NCBI GenBank assembly: GCA_024274915.1
Contig: JAJSAC010000024.1
Location: 5,234 to 69,233 of the forward strand
Length of the DNA: 64,000 nt
Reading direction: 5' to 3'
From: Thermodesulfobacteriota bacterium
GTDB lineage: Bacteria > Thermosulfidibacterota > Thermosulfidibacteria > Thermosulfidibacterales > B14-G1
Positions within the stretch are counted from its first letter, which is position 1, and every line of letters begins with the position of its first letter. Of this stretch, positions 27,684 through 38,300 are shown one piece after another. Under the pieces are notes generated by a model. That model did not search any database. It was not told where the DNA came from and worked only from the letters and a program-made list of their open reading frames with translations. A program made the position numbers and the translations under genes.

Positions 27684-28558
27684 TCTTTCCTCCTGGCTCT
27701 TGGATGGGCGTTGTTGTAAACCTCCTTCAGTTTCCTCAGGGTGAGGTGGGTATAGATCTGGGTGGTGGAGAGGTTGGCGTGTCCCAGGAGCTCTTGTACT
27801 GCCCTCAGGTCTGCACCCCTTTCTAGGAGGTGGGTGGCGAAGGAGTGGCGAAGGGTGTGGGGGGTGATGGGTTTTTCCACGCCCGATAGAAAAGCAGCCC
27901 TCTTAATGAGTCTCCTCACCGTGGAATCGGATATCCTTCCCCTGGGGGTGACGAAGAGGGCCTTGCAAGGCTGCTTTAAGTAGAGGCTCCTCTCTTTCAG
28001 ATATTCCTTTAAGGCTTCTCGGGCCTTGGATCCCAGGATTACTATCCTCTCCTTCTTCCCCTTGCCTCGGACTCTTATGTGGCCCCTGGCCAGGTCTATA
28101 TCCTCGATATCCAGGCCAACCAGTTCAGATACCCGTAAGCCTGTGGCGTACAAGAGTTCCAGGATGGCCCTGTCTCGGGAGTTGGGAGACCCCCTTTCCA
28201 TAAGCCTCTGGGCCTCCGGTATGGCCAAGGTCCTGGGTAGAGGTCTCTCCTTCTTAGGGGTGCGCAGGGGTCGAGCCGGGTTTTTTCTGAGGATCCCTTT
28301 GGCCATTAAGAAGGCGTAAAGCCCCTTTATGGAGGCCACCCTCCTCGCCAGACTGGTGGAGGCCAACCCCCTTTTTTGACAGTGGAGGAGATATGCCCTC
28401 AGGTCCCAAAGGGAAGCCTTTTCCAAGGTGAGCCCTCTTTCCTTTAAGAATGCTTTTAGGTCTTCCAACTCCCTCAAGTAGTTTCTCACAGTGTGGTGGG
28501 AGTATCCTTTTTCATGGACCAGGTGGTTTCTGTATAAGTTCAGTATGTCTGTCACCAC
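27680..28558 (-). CDS. xerC: Tyrosine recombinase XerC
   Basis: R..HxxR..Y catalytic set ([34 protein letters not shown]). Lies in the conserved xerC-hslV-hslU order. Confidence 0.85.
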   Translation of the reverse strand: MVTDILNLYRNHLVHEKGYSHHTVRNYLRELEDLKAFLKERGLTLEKASLWDLRAYLLHCQKRGLASTSLARRVASIKGLYAFLMAKGILRKNPARPLRTPKKERPLPRTLAIPEAQRLMERGSPNSRDRAILELLYATGLRVSELVGLDIEDIDLARGHIRVRGKGKKERIVILGSKAREALKEYLKERSLYLKQPCKALFVTPRGRISDSTVRRLIKRAAFLSGVEKPITPHTLRHSFATHLLERGADLRAVQELLGHANLSTTQIYTHLTLRKLKEVYNNAHPRARRKE

Positions 28559-29154
28559 TGGGTCTCCTTAATCCTCTTTACCCTGTGGCGTTCGGCTTTA
28601 ATCACGGCTATCAGGTCTTCAACGGCCTCTTCCAGTTTGTCATTCACCACGAAGTAACGGAAGAGGGGATACATGGCCATCTCCTCTTCGGCCTTGTCAC
28701 ACCGCTCCTTGATCACCTGGGGGGCTTCGGTGCCCCTCTTGCTAAGTCGTTCTTTGAGGGCTTCTATAGAGGGGGGGAAGACGAAAATGGTGACCGAGTC
28801 CTCTGGAAAGGCTGCCTTGATTTGGGAGGCTCCCTGAATATCTATGTCCAGCAGCATGTCTCTTCCATCCTCTATGGCCTTGATTATGGGGGTCTTGGGT
28901 GTACCGTAGAGGTGATTGTAAACCCGGGCCCATTCAGCCATTTCCCCCTTTTCCACCATCTCTAGGAAGGTATCCTCGTCAACGAAGTGATAGTCCCTGC
29001 CATCCTCTTCCCCGGAGCGGGGCAGGCGGGTGGTGTAGGATATGGAGAATTCCAGGTTATCCAGGCGACTCATAGCCTCTCGGCAGAGGGTGGTTTTCCC
29101 AGCTCCCGATGGGGCTGAAATGACAAAAAGGATACCTTTTCTCTTGATCTTCAT
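28552..29154 (-). CDS. gmk: Guanylate kinase
   Basis: P-loop ISAPSGAGKTTL, then SYTTRLPRSGEEDGRDYHFV. Confidence 0.95.
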   Translation of the reverse strand: MKIKRKGILFVISAPSGAGKTTLCREAMSRLDNLEFSISYTTRLPRSGEEDGRDYHFVDEDTFLEMVEKGEMAEWARVYNHLYGTPKTPIIKAIEDGRDMLLDIDIQGASQIKAAFPEDSVTIFVFPPSIEALKERLSKRGTEAPQVIKERCDKAEEEMAMYPLFRYFVVNDKLEEAVEDLIAVIKAERHRVKRIKETQW

Positions 29155-30032
29155 TATTCTATATTTTGGACTTGTTCTCGCAGTTTTTCAATCTCGCCCT
29201 TCAGATTCACCACTAGGTGGGCTACTTGAGCGTCTTGGCCTTTGGATGCAATGGTGTTGGCCTCTCGGAGGATTTCTTGGGCCAGGAAATCCAGTTTCTT
29301 CCCGCAGGGAGAGCCCGTTTCCATGGCTTTCCTGAAGGCGTGAAGGTGACAGTCCAATCTAACGATCTCCTCGGTCACATCGGTCCTCTCGGCTATCAGA
29401 GCCGTCTCCTGGGCCAGTCTTTCGGGTGGGACATCTACTTGGAATCCTTCCAGACGCTTCTGCAGCTTTTCCCTGTAAACCTGGGGTAAATGGGAGGCCC
29501 TTTCCCTGATCTCCTCTAAGATCTTGCCCATGATGTCCAAACGGGCATTCAGGTCTTCCCTGAGTTTCTCTCCTTCCTGTAGCCTTTGGATCATGAGCTG
29601 ATCCAGGGCCCTTTCTAAGGCCATCTCCACGGCTTTTCCCAGGATTTGGGGATCTTGTTCCCTTTCGGTGATGTTGAAGATTTCTTGCCGGGAGAAGAGG
29701 AGGGAGAGGTGGAGCTCTTCTTTCCTTCCCAATTCTCTGGCCACCTTTTCCATGGCCTCCCACATGGTTTTGGCCAGGTGGGTGTCTACCTCCACTGTTT
29801 TCAGGCTCTCCTCCAGGGGATTGATGGAGAAGTATATGTCCAGCTTTCCCCTGTGGCACGTCTCCTTCAGTTTTCTTCTTATGTTGGGCTCCAGGGCCAT
29901 GAGGGAGCGGGGCAGACGGAGGTTGGCCTCCAGGAAGCGGTGATTTACGCTTCTCACTTCTACTTCCACTAGGATCCCCTCCTCCTGGTAACTTCCCCGG
30001 CCGTACCCTGTCATGCTCCTCAGCAGGTTCAT
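29154..30032 (-). CDS. YicC-family stress-induced protein
   Basis: The N-terminus is MTGYGRG..VEVRSVNHRFLE. There is a C-terminal DUF1732-like helix. Stop/start overlap (TAATG) with gmk. Confidence 0.9.
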   Translation of the reverse strand: MNLLRSMTGYGRGSYQEEGILVEVEVRSVNHRFLEANLRLPRSLMALEPNIRRKLKETCHRGKLDIYFSINPLEESLKTVEVDTHLAKTMWEAMEKVARELGRKEELHLSLLFSRQEIFNITEREQDPQILGKAVEMALERALDQLMIQRLQEGEKLREDLNARLDIMGKILEEIRERASHLPQVYREKLQKRLEGFQVDVPPERLAQETALIAERTDVTEEIVRLDCHLHAFRKAMETGSPCGKKLDFLAQEILREANTIASKGQDAQVAHLVVNLKGEIEKLREQVQNIE

Positions 30033-30093
30033 GGTCCTGATGATAAAGGGTGTGGGGATGGAAAGGCAATAGTGGGCGTGTTATCCTTCCATC

Positions 30094-30978
30094 ATGAAGG
30101 CTGGAGGAGTGATTGACAGGTATCTCTCTTTCCTCTCTGCTGAGAGGGGTCTTTCGAGTCACACCTTGGACGGTTACAGGAGGGATGTGGAAGACCTGGA
30201 GGGTTATCTAAGAGTGTTGGACCTGGACTTTGAAGGGGTCACATCAGGGGTCCTTGTGGGTTACCTTATGAACCTGGCTGGCAGAGGTCTCTCACCAGCC
30301 ACCATCCGACGGCGGCTTTCGGCGGTGAGGGGTTTTTTTGGCTTTTTGGTGGAGATGGGTCTCGTGGAGGCTGATCCTACTGAAGGGCTGGATAACCCCA
30401 GGATTTGGAAACGGCTACCCCATGTTCTCTCTCTGGAAGAAGTGGAGAGGCTTCTGGAGGCTCCTCCTCTCCAGTCTCTCCGTGGGTTGAGGGACAAGGC
30501 CATGTTGGAAGTGCTCTATGCCACAGGGGTGAGGGTGTCGGAGCTGGTGTCCATAAGGCTGGTGGACCTCGATTTGGAAAGGGGATTTTTGAGGGTGAAG
30601 GGCAAGGGCAGGAAAGAGAGGGTGGTGCCCTTGGGAGAGGAAGCCTTGAAGTGGTTGGAGAGGTATCTGGCGGTGAGGAGCAAGTGGGACAGGAAGGGAT
30701 CGCCCCATCTCTTTCTCACTAATAGAGGGGGACCCATGACCCGTCAGAGGTTTTGGCAGTTGGTCAAGGATTACGCTAGAAGGGTGGGGATCACAAAGGG
30801 GATATCCCCTCACACCCTTCGTCATTCCTTTGCCACCCATATTTTGGAGAGGGGAGCGGATCTCCGCAGCCTTCAAGAACTCCTGGGCCACGCCGATCTC
30901 TCCACTACCCAGATATATACCCATGTAGCCCGAGCCCATCTGGAAAAGGTCTACAAAAAAAGCCACCCCAGGGCCTAG
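30094..30978 (+). CDS. xerD: Tyrosine recombinase XerD
   Basis: Motifs [21 protein letters not shown] and [14 protein letters not shown]. Confidence 0.85.
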   Translation: MKAGGVIDRYLSFLSAERGLSSHTLDGYRRDVEDLEGYLRVLDLDFEGVTSGVLVGYLMNLAGRGLSPATIRRRLSAVRGFFGFLVEMGLVEADPTEGLDNPRIWKRLPHVLSLEEVERLLEAPPLQSLRGLRDKAMLEVLYATGVRVSELVSIRLVDLDLERGFLRVKGKGRKERVVPLGEEALKWLERYLAVRSKWDRKGSPHLFLTNRGGPMTRQRFWQLVKDYARRVGITKGISPHTLRHSFATHILERGADLRSLQELLGHADLSTTQIYTHVARAHLEKVYKKSHPRA

Positions 30979-31059
30979 GGAGAAGCAGGCAAAGGCTTAA
31001 GGTAGAGGTGGAACAGGTTAGGTCTTTTGTGTGGTTTTTGTTTTTCCATTGACCTTAGC

Positions 31060-32211
31060 CTAATTTATGTATTCCCGATTTCCAGGATGGGAGCCTCCTA
31101 AGAGGCAGAACACCTCGTATGGGATGGTCTCCATCCATTGGGAAAGGTGGAAAACGCTGATCCGCTTTTCTCCCCTTCCTCCCATGAGGATAACAGGGTC
31201 TCCCAGTTTCACCTGGGGGATGTGGGTTACATCCAGGAGGGTAAGGTCCATGCACACTTTGCCTATGACAGGAGTCCTTTCCCCCCTCACCAACATCTCT
31301 CCCCGGTTGGACAGGGAGCGGAGATACCCTAGAGCGTAACCCACGGGGACCACTGCTACCAGGGTTTCCCGGCTGGTTCTAAAGGCCCTTCCGTAGCTCA
31401 GGAATTTCCCTTTAGGTACCCGTTTTATGTGGAGTATTCGACTAGAAACCTCCATGGCCTCTCGGAGATTGATTTGGGGGACTTGGATGCCACCGTAGAG
31501 GCCCAGGCCAGGTCTCACCAGGTTCCAATGGGACTGGGGGAGCTGGAGGGTTGCCGCCGAGTTGGCCAGGTGGACCCACTTCAGATGGGGGAGCCTTTTT
31601 CGGGCTTCATCCACTATGGATCGAAAGGCCTCCAGTTGTTGCAGGGTATAGGCTACATCGGTGTCTTCCGGGCTCTCTGCCACAGAAAAGTGGGACATGA
31701 GCCCTTCTACTATGACGCCGGGGTAGGAGAGGGCTTCTTCTAAGAAGCTTTTCCATTCTTCCATGGGGACTCCCAGCCTTCCCATTCCCGTGTCCACCTT
31801 GATGTGGACCCGGGCTTCCAGATTCAACTCGACCGCAGCCTGGGAGAGGGCCTTAAGGGGGTGGAGGCCGCTGATGACGGGAGTGAGACCGTATTGGATG
31901 CAATCTCGGGCTTCTTGGGGCCAGATTCCCCCCATGAGAAGCACGGGTTCCTTCAAGCCTGACTCCCTAAGGGTTATGCCTTCATCTATGAGGGAGACCA
32001 TGAGGAAGCGGGTCCCTTCTTCCACGAAGACCTTGGCACATTCCACCATGCCGTGGCCGTAGGCCTGGGACTTTACTACTGCCCCTATAGAGGCTGATGA
32101 TGGGAGGAGGCTCTTTATCTCCCTAAAGTTGTTTCTGAGGATTTGGCGGTCTATTGTGACTTTGATCAGCCCCATGGAAGCGAGTTTAGCCTTTTTTGAG
32201 GGGAGGCTCAA
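31060..32211 (-). CDS. alr: Alanine racemase
   Basis: PLP-Lys motif AVVKSQAYGHG. The C-terminal domain contains YGxxW-like SYGRAF. The start is either TTG 32211 or ATG 32175. Confidence 0.9.
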   Translation of the reverse strand: MSLPSKKAKLASMGLIKVTIDRQILRNNFREIKSLLPSSASIGAVVKSQAYGHGMVECAKVFVEEGTRFLMVSLIDEGITLRESGLKEPVLLMGGIWPQEARDCIQYGLTPVISGLHPLKALSQAAVELNLEARVHIKVDTGMGRLGVPMEEWKSFLEEALSYPGVIVEGLMSHFSVAESPEDTDVAYTLQQLEAFRSIVDEARKRLPHLKWVHLANSAATLQLPQSHWNLVRPGLGLYGGIQVPQINLREAMEVSSRILHIKRVPKGKFLSYGRAFRTSRETLVAVVPVGYALGYLRSLSNRGEMLVRGERTPVIGKVCMDLTLLDVTHIPQVKLGDPVILMGGRGEKRISVFHLSQWMETIPYEVFCLLGGSHPGNREYIN

Positions 32212-32286
32212 GGGTGAAAGGGGCCAGCACTTCCCCCACTTTTACTTTTATGGGTCAGGGCGAGGCGTTCCGACCGCAGAGATGAT

Positions 32287-32363
32287 AGCTCATAGCTCGT
32301 AGTTCATGGTTCATAGCTCATAGTTGCTATCAGCCATGAGCCATCAGCTATCAGCCATGGGCA
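32287..32363. repeat. Tandem heptanucleotide array: about 6 x AGCTCAT-like units, then about 5 x inverted ATSAGCY units (imperfect palindrome centred near 32325)
   Basis: Read directly: agctcat agctcgt agttcat ggttcat agctcat agttgct | atcagcc atgagcc atcagct atcagcc atgggca. Arm 32287-32323 pairs with arm 32327-32363 at 27 Watson-Crick + 4 G:T of 37 positions. Confidence 0.85.
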
Positions 32364-32568
32364 AGGGAGGAATGCCCCGCCCTTTCACTCGTTTGAAGGG
32401 AAAAATCCAGGATTCTGAATATGATGCCTTTACCAGGAAGGGAATCTTGGGGGAAGTCCTGTGAAAGGGGAGGGTCTATAATTTAGGGTTGTTTTTTTAG
32501 CGAAATTGTGTTGTAGATAAGGCAGATATGAGTAGCGAAAAATAACGAAGATTAAACCGGGAGGGAGT

Positions 32569-33198
32569 ATGGATAGTGTGAAGGTTTTCATAGTGGACGA
32601 TCACTCCCTCTTCAGAGAGGGGCTTAAGCGGATCCTGGCTGATGAAGGGGGTGGTCGTTTCCAGGTAGTGGGTGAGGCGGCCAAGGGGGAGGAGGCTGTG
32701 CAGAAGGTGAGGGAGACAAAACCTGATCTGGTGTTGGTGGACGTGGCCTTGCCCGACCTGGATGGTTTCCAGGTGTGCAGCCTAATCAAAGAGTTTCTTC
32801 CCGAGAGCAGGGTGGTGATGCTCACCATGTATGGGAAGAAAGAGTTCCACGAACAGGCCAGGGATGCTGGTGCATCTGCCTATGTGGTGAAAGATGAGGA
32901 TATCTCCTCTCTCTTGGAGACTCTTTCCAAGGTGGCCCAGGGAGAAGAGCTCCTTGCCAAGGGGGGAAAACGGCGTCGCAGGGGAGGTTACCTCTCTCCC
33001 AGGGAGAAGGAGGTGCTAAAGCTAATTGCCATGGGTTACACGGGCAAAGAGATTGCGGGTATCCTCAACATAAGTGTCAGGACGGCCAATACCCATAGGG
33101 CCAACATTATGAGAAAGTTGGCTTTAAAAAACACGGCTTCCATGGTTCGGTATGCCATTCTCTCTGGTCTCGTGGTTCCTGGGGAGAATCAGATTTAG
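32569..33198 (+). CDS. NarL/FixJ-family response regulator (REC + LuxR HTH)
   Basis: REC motifs VDDHSLFREGL, LVLVDVALPDLDG and AYVVKD. The C-terminal region is LSPREKEVLKLIAMGYTGKEIAGILNISVRTANTHRANIMRKL. Confidence 0.9.
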   Translation: MDSVKVFIVDDHSLFREGLKRILADEGGGRFQVVGEAAKGEEAVQKVRETKPDLVLVDVALPDLDGFQVCSLIKEFLPESRVVMLTMYGKKEFHEQARDAGASAYVVKDEDISSLLETLSKVAQGEELLAKGGKRRRRGGYLSPREKEVLKLIAMGYTGKEIAGILNISVRTANTHRANIMRKLALKNTASMVRYAILSGLVVPGENQI

Positions 33199-33207
33199 TG
33201 AGGGTTT

Positions 33208-34743
33208 TTACTCCCACTCTATGGTGCTGGGAGGCTTGGAACTGATATCATAGACCACCCTGTTAACTCCCTTAACTTCGTTTATGATCCGGTTGGAGAG
33301 TCGCTCCATGAGGTTATAGGGCAGTCTCACCCAGTCGGCGGTCATACCGTCTAGGCTCTCTACAGCTCTTATGGCCACAACGCATTCGTAGGTGCGCTCG
33401 TCTCCCATAACCCCTACAGTCTTTATGGGTAAGAGCACTGCGAAGGACTGCCAGATCTTGTAGTACAGGCCTTCCCTCTTTATCTCCTCTTCCACGATGG
33501 CGTCGGCCTCCTTCACGATTCGCAGCCTTTCTTTGGTCACTTCTCCAATGATTCTCACCGCCAGTCCCGGACCTGGAAAAGGCTGGCGGCCTACTATTTC
33601 CTGGGGAAGGTCCAACAGCTTCCCTAGTTCCCTCACCTCGTCCTTGAAGAGCTCTCTGAGGGGTTCCAGCAATTGGAAGGAGAGTTCCTCTGGCAATCCT
33701 CCCACGTTGTGATGACTTTTGATGGTGGCCGATGGTCCCCTTACAGATACGCTTTCAATTACGTCGGGATATAGGGTGCCCTGGGCAAGGAATTTGGCTT
33801 CTCCCAGCTTGCTGGCCTCTTCTTCAAAGACCCTGATGAACTCTTCTCCGATGATTTTTCTCTTGGCTTCGGGATCCATTATTCCTTTCAGTTTATCTAA
33901 GAATCTCTCCGATGCATCTACGAAGCGGACATCCATGTGGAAGTGGCGGGCAAAGGTCTCCATAACCCTTTCGGCTTCTTTGGCTCTTAGGAGGCCGTTG
34001 TCTACAAAGATACAGGTGAGCTGGTTTCCTATGGCCCTGTGGACCAGGAGGGCTACCACGCTGGAGTCTACTCCTCCCGACAGGGCACATATCACCCTTT
34101 CGCTGCCCACCTTTTCTCGGATTTCCCTCATGCTCTTTTCCAGGAAAGACTCCATGGTCCAGGTGGGAGAACATCCACAGACGTGGAGGGCGAAATTGGC
34201 AAGGATCTCTTTACCCTTGGGGGTGTGGACCACCTCGGGATGGAACTGAAGTCCGTAGAGTTTCTTCTCCCTGTTGGCCATGGCGGCTAAGGGGGAGTTT
34301 TCCGTCCTGGCCAGGGCCTGGAAGCCCGGGGGCAGTTCCAGGATCCTGTCTCCATGACTCATCCACACCTCTATACGTTGGGGCAGTCCTTTGAAGAGGT
34401 CTCGATGGTCCAGGATCTCTAGGTAAGCCCTGCCGTACTCCCTCTTTGCAGCCTTTTCCACCTTTCCCTTTAGCAGGTGGGTCATGAGCTGCATACCGTA
34501 GCAGATGCCCAGAACGGGGATGCCCAGTTCCAGGATCCTGCCATCGCATAGGGGTGCGTCCTTTTGGTGAACGCTGGAGGGCCCTCCCGAAAGGATGATA
34601 CCTTTGGGTTGGAAGGCCCTCACCTCTTGGGGGGTGATGTAGTAAGGCCTGATCTCAGAGTAAACCTTCAGCTCCCTTATCCTTCGAGCTATGAGCTGGG
34701 TATACTGGGAACCGAAGTCTAAGATGAGAATGCTGTCTTTCAA
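33208..34743 (-). CDS. guaA: GMP synthase (glutamine-hydrolysing)
   Basis: GATase [30 protein letters not shown]-PPase SGGVDSSV. Ends ..[12 protein letters not shown] start at 34743 preceded by AGGAGG gives 511 aa. The track ORF extends spuriously to 35085. Confidence 0.95.
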   Translation of the reverse strand: MKDSILILDFGSQYTQLIARRIRELKVYSEIRPYYITPQEVRAFQPKGIILSGGPSSVHQKDAPLCDGRILELGIPVLGICYGMQLMTHLLKGKVEKAAKREYGRAYLEILDHRDLFKGLPQRIEVWMSHGDRILELPPGFQALARTENSPLAAMANREKKLYGLQFHPEVVHTPKGKEILANFALHVCGCSPTWTMESFLEKSMREIREKVGSERVICALSGGVDSSVVALLVHRAIGNQLTCIFVDNGLLRAKEAERVMETFARHFHMDVRFVDASERFLDKLKGIMDPEAKRKIIGEEFIRVFEEEASKLGEAKFLAQGTLYPDVIESVSVRGPSATIKSHHNVGGLPEELSFQLLEPLRELFKDEVRELGKLLDLPQEIVGRQPFPGPGLAVRIIGEVTKERLRIVKEADAIVEEEIKREGLYYKIWQSFAVLLPIKTVGVMGDERTYECVVAIRAVESLDGMTADWVRLPYNLMERLSNRIINEVKGVNRVVYDISSKPPSTIEWE

Positions 34744-34751
34744 GGGTCCTC

Positions 34752-35288
34752 CTAACCACGGAGTTTGGTGGCTAGGATGATAACCAAAAGTAGGGCTCCA
34801 GTCCATAGAAGGATGGTCTCGGAGAAAGAGAGTTTCATGGAGCTGGGGCGGGGAAGCTCCTCCAGGGAGAGGCGTTCTTGGAAAGCCTGGGCCAGATCTT
34901 CCTGATGGGAGAAGATGAGGGGAACGATGATCACTTTTTCTTTGGAACCTATGTAGAGCACCTTTTTGAGACCTGCCCTGAAGAGGCGCACTTCCCTTAT
35001 CTCTTTCCAAGGCATTTCTTTTGTACCTAAAAGCCCGCTGTATTTGAGAAGATCCTTGTCCCAGGAAAGGCGACGTCTCCACCAACCCACCAGGATGACA
35101 AAGAGGGGTAAGGCCAGGGCCAGGGTTATGATCATCTGGAACTTCTGCCCTTTCATGGCATAGAGCAGGGAGAGGATGATGGCCACCACCACGATTATGG
35201 TGAGAGGCAAGAGTACCAGAGGCGATGCCTTGAGGGTCTTCATAGGTTTTTTATAACCCAGGGTCCGGGGAAATAACAAGCTAGACAT
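34752..35288 (-). CDS. Hypothetical membrane protein (3 predicted TM segments around a soluble PH-like segment)
   Basis: Hydrophobic segments [38 protein letters not shown] and [15 protein letters not shown]. No family recognised. The start is M1 (35288) or M16 (35243). Confidence 0.45.
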   Translation of the reverse strand: MSSLLFPRTLGYKKPMKTLKASPLVLLPLTIIVVVAIILSLLYAMKGQKFQMIITLALALPLFVILVGWWRRRLSWDKDLLKYSGLLGTKEMPWKEIREVRLFRAGLKKVLYIGSKEKVIIVPLIFSHQEDLAQAFQERLSLEELPRPSSMKLSFSETILLWTGALLLVIILATKLRG

Positions 35289-35379
35289 ATTTCCGCAGGT
35301 GGGGCAGGAAGAAACGGATGGTTCGGCCCTTTTTAAAGGTGGAAAATCTATTGATTCTTAGGACCTAAGACATTAAAAG

Positions 35380-38300
35380 TTGCGATATTATCTGGAGGTG
35401 GTCTTGGGGAATTCGGAGGATAACCAGAGAGGTATTGCTCTATTGTTAGAAGCTTTCTGTTCTCTCTTTTCGGGGGAGGATTTGGAAGTTTCCCTGGCCA
35501 GGGCGGTTTCTCTGTTTAAAGACTTTCTGGAAGCGGACTTTGCTGCCCTCTTTTTATGGAAGGAAGGTGAGAAGGCGCTGGTTCCGGTGGTAGTGGAAGG
35601 TAGGCCTTTGGAGACCCTTCCCTCTCGGATAGCCCTTGGTGAGGGGATAACGGGGAGGGTGGCGGAAGAAAGGGAGGCTCTGTGGGTTGAGGACTGCCGG
35701 AAAGATCCTAGGGTCCATCCTCTATGCAAACATTGGGCTGCCAGTTTGGTCTCTTCTCCCCTTATTGTCGAGAACAGGCTTTACGGTGTTCTGTCTGTTG
35801 CCAGGGGCAGTGGAAGAGGGGCATTTACTCCGGGGGAATTCAGTATTTTCAGAGACTTGGGAAAGTGCCTTTCTGGGTTCCTGGAGATAAACAAGCTGGT
35901 GGAGGATGGCTATCATGCCTTTGCCCTGGCGGTGGAGACAAAGGAGCCGGGCTTCAAGGGGCACTCTCTGGCTGTGGCTAGGATCTCTAAAGACCTGGCT
36001 GCCAAGGCGGGTATGGAGTGCAATAAGAGGAAAAACCTTTACTGGGTGGCCCTCCTTCACGATGTGGGTAAAGTGGGGGTCCCAGATGTCACTCTGGTGA
36101 AACCCCTTCCTTTGGACAAGAGGGAAAGGCTGGTGGTTTCTCTCCATTCCCAGCTGGGGGCAGCCTTGATATCCCTGGTAGAACCTTTGAAGGAGGCGGT
36201 GCCCTGGATACTCCATCACCACGAGAGGTGGGACGGCAGGGGGTATCCATCTGGCCTCAAGGGTGAGGAGATCCCCCTGGCTTCCCGGATCATCCATCTG
36301 GCAGAGTCGTTTCATGCCATGGTCATTTCCCTTCCCTACGGAGAGGCGCTGTCTCAGGAGAGGGTGAGAAAGGAGCTGCTGGCTGGTAGGGAGAGGCAGT
36401 GGGATCCTCGCTTGGTAGACCTCCTTTTGGGAGATTTCGACAAATATTGGACTATGCTTCGTGAGTACATGGAGAGCCCGTACCCTAAAAAACTGGAGGA
36501 GGTTAGCTCGGAGGTCACTTACATGCTCCTATCTATGGAGATTCTGAAGGATCTCTCTTCCCTTGCTGTGGGTCTGTCCCATGCCAGTGTCATGGACTTT
36601 ATCCGGGCTATTCTGAGGAGACTGGCCTTCTATCTGGGATGGCGAGGGGTCTCCCTGCTGGACGAACACGGGAGGGTGTTGGTCACTGTTGATACAGGTG
36701 ATGAGACCATGGAGTTTTCCCATGGGGAAGAAGGGGAAAGCCTGGAGGTTCGGTGGGGTGGGTACACCTACTATTTGAGGGTGAGGGGAGGGGAGGTCAC
36801 TGCCAAGGAGAAGCAAATCCTGGAGACCCTGGAGGGTTTTCTGGCCAGTCTCATGGGGCTTCTTTTCCACAGTGAGGGTAAGGTTCTGAGGGACGATTTG
36901 ACGGGGACCTACACCTTTTCCAGCATTAAGGAGTTCTTCTCCTCTGTGGTGCCCCATGCCCAGCGGGTGGCGGTGGTCCTTTTGGACTTGGACGGTTTCA
37001 AAGAGGTGAACGACCGTTTTGGCCATGACGTGGGGAACAAGGTGCTCCAAAGGCTTGTCTCCGTGATGGAAGAGAATCTCAGGGCTTCGGATCTCATGGG
37101 GAGGTATGGAGGTGACGAGTTTGTGATCTTGCTACCCCGGGTGGACAGGGAAGAGGCGGACCGCGTCATGAAGCGTATAAGGAGAACGGTGGAAGGCACT
37201 GAGTTGGTGGAAGGGGTGCCATCTGTCACCTTTTCCTTTGGGATTGCCCAGTTCCCCGACGAAGGCAGGGACTTATATACCCTAATCAGGCTGGCTGATA
37301 AGCGGATGTACATGGAAAAGGCCCTCAAAAAAGAGAGGATGAGGAAGGAACTTCAGAAGGGGACTTTGAAGTTGGGACAGTCCTGTCCCCTTACGGGGTC
37401 TGCCGCTTTCCTGGGGCGGGAGTATAGAAAGGGTTTGGAGCTGGGTTTCCGTTGGGGAGAGGAGAGATACGGGGAACGGATAGAGTTGGTTACCCTGGAT
37501 GACAGGTACGAGCCCGACCTTTGTGCTTTGAATACGGAGGCGTTGTTGAAAGACGAAGATGTCTTTGCCCTCGTGGGTTACGTAGGCACACCCACCTCTG
37601 CTGTAGTGGCTCCATTGGCAGAGAGGAGTGGGATACCCTTCTTGTTTCCCCTCTCGGGCGCCCTCTTCCTCCGTTGGCCTACCAAGAGGTGGATATTCAA
37701 CCTGAGGCCCAGTTACCATCATGAGGTGGAAGCCATGATCCGGGGCTTGATTGAGGAGGTGGGGGTGAGGGAGGTGGGCATATTTTATCAGGATGATACT
37801 TATGGCTGGGAGGTGCTGGGGGCTGCCGAGAGCACTCTTCTCCGTTATAAACTGGAGATCAGGGGTAAAGGGAGCTACAAAAGGAACTCTCTCATGGTGG
37901 AAGAGGCTTGTCAGGCCCTTCTGGAAGAACATCCCCAGGTTGTAATTATGGCGGGTACATGGGAACCCTGTGCCCTGTTTGCCAGGAAGGTGAAGGAGAG
38001 GGGTTGGAACCCGATGTTGCTTGCCGTCTCTTACGTGGGTGGGGAGGCCTTTGCCCGGGGAGCGGGAGAGGCAGGGGAAGGAACCGTTGTTGTCCAGGTG
38101 GTACCCTCTCCCCACTCCTCCTTTCCCATAGTGCAAGAATTTAGGAGGGGCTTGGGTGAGGGGGACCCTACCCATGTTTGTCTGGAGGGTTTTTTGGGGG
38201 CGGTTCTCCTGGTGGAAGCCTTGAAGGATATGGAGGAGGTGGGGCGGGAGTCCCTGGTGAGGAGCCTGGAGGCTGCGAACGAGATGGACGTGGGAGGATT

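Noticed and set aside
27680-30978. The two tyrosine recombinase genes as signs of an integrated mobile element.
   Set aside because: Both have full XerC/XerD-type catalytic motifs and sit in conserved housekeeping contexts (xerC-hslV-hslU, and xerD next to yicC/gmk). No att-like repeats, phage or transposon genes are nearby. I also could not recognise a dif site.
32287-32363. CRISPR-like or minisatellite interpretation of the repeat array.
   Set aside because: The units are 7 bp and contiguous, with no spacers and no cas genes in the window. The array switches orientation mid-way. This is not a CRISPR array.
34744-35085. N-terminal 114-aa extension of the guaA ORF in the track (625 aa).
   Set aside because: The extension is P/R/S/G-rich and overlaps the better-supported membrane-protein gene in another frame. 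GuaA homology begins at [14 protein letters not shown] at 34743 preceded by AGGAGG gives the canonical length of about 511 aa.
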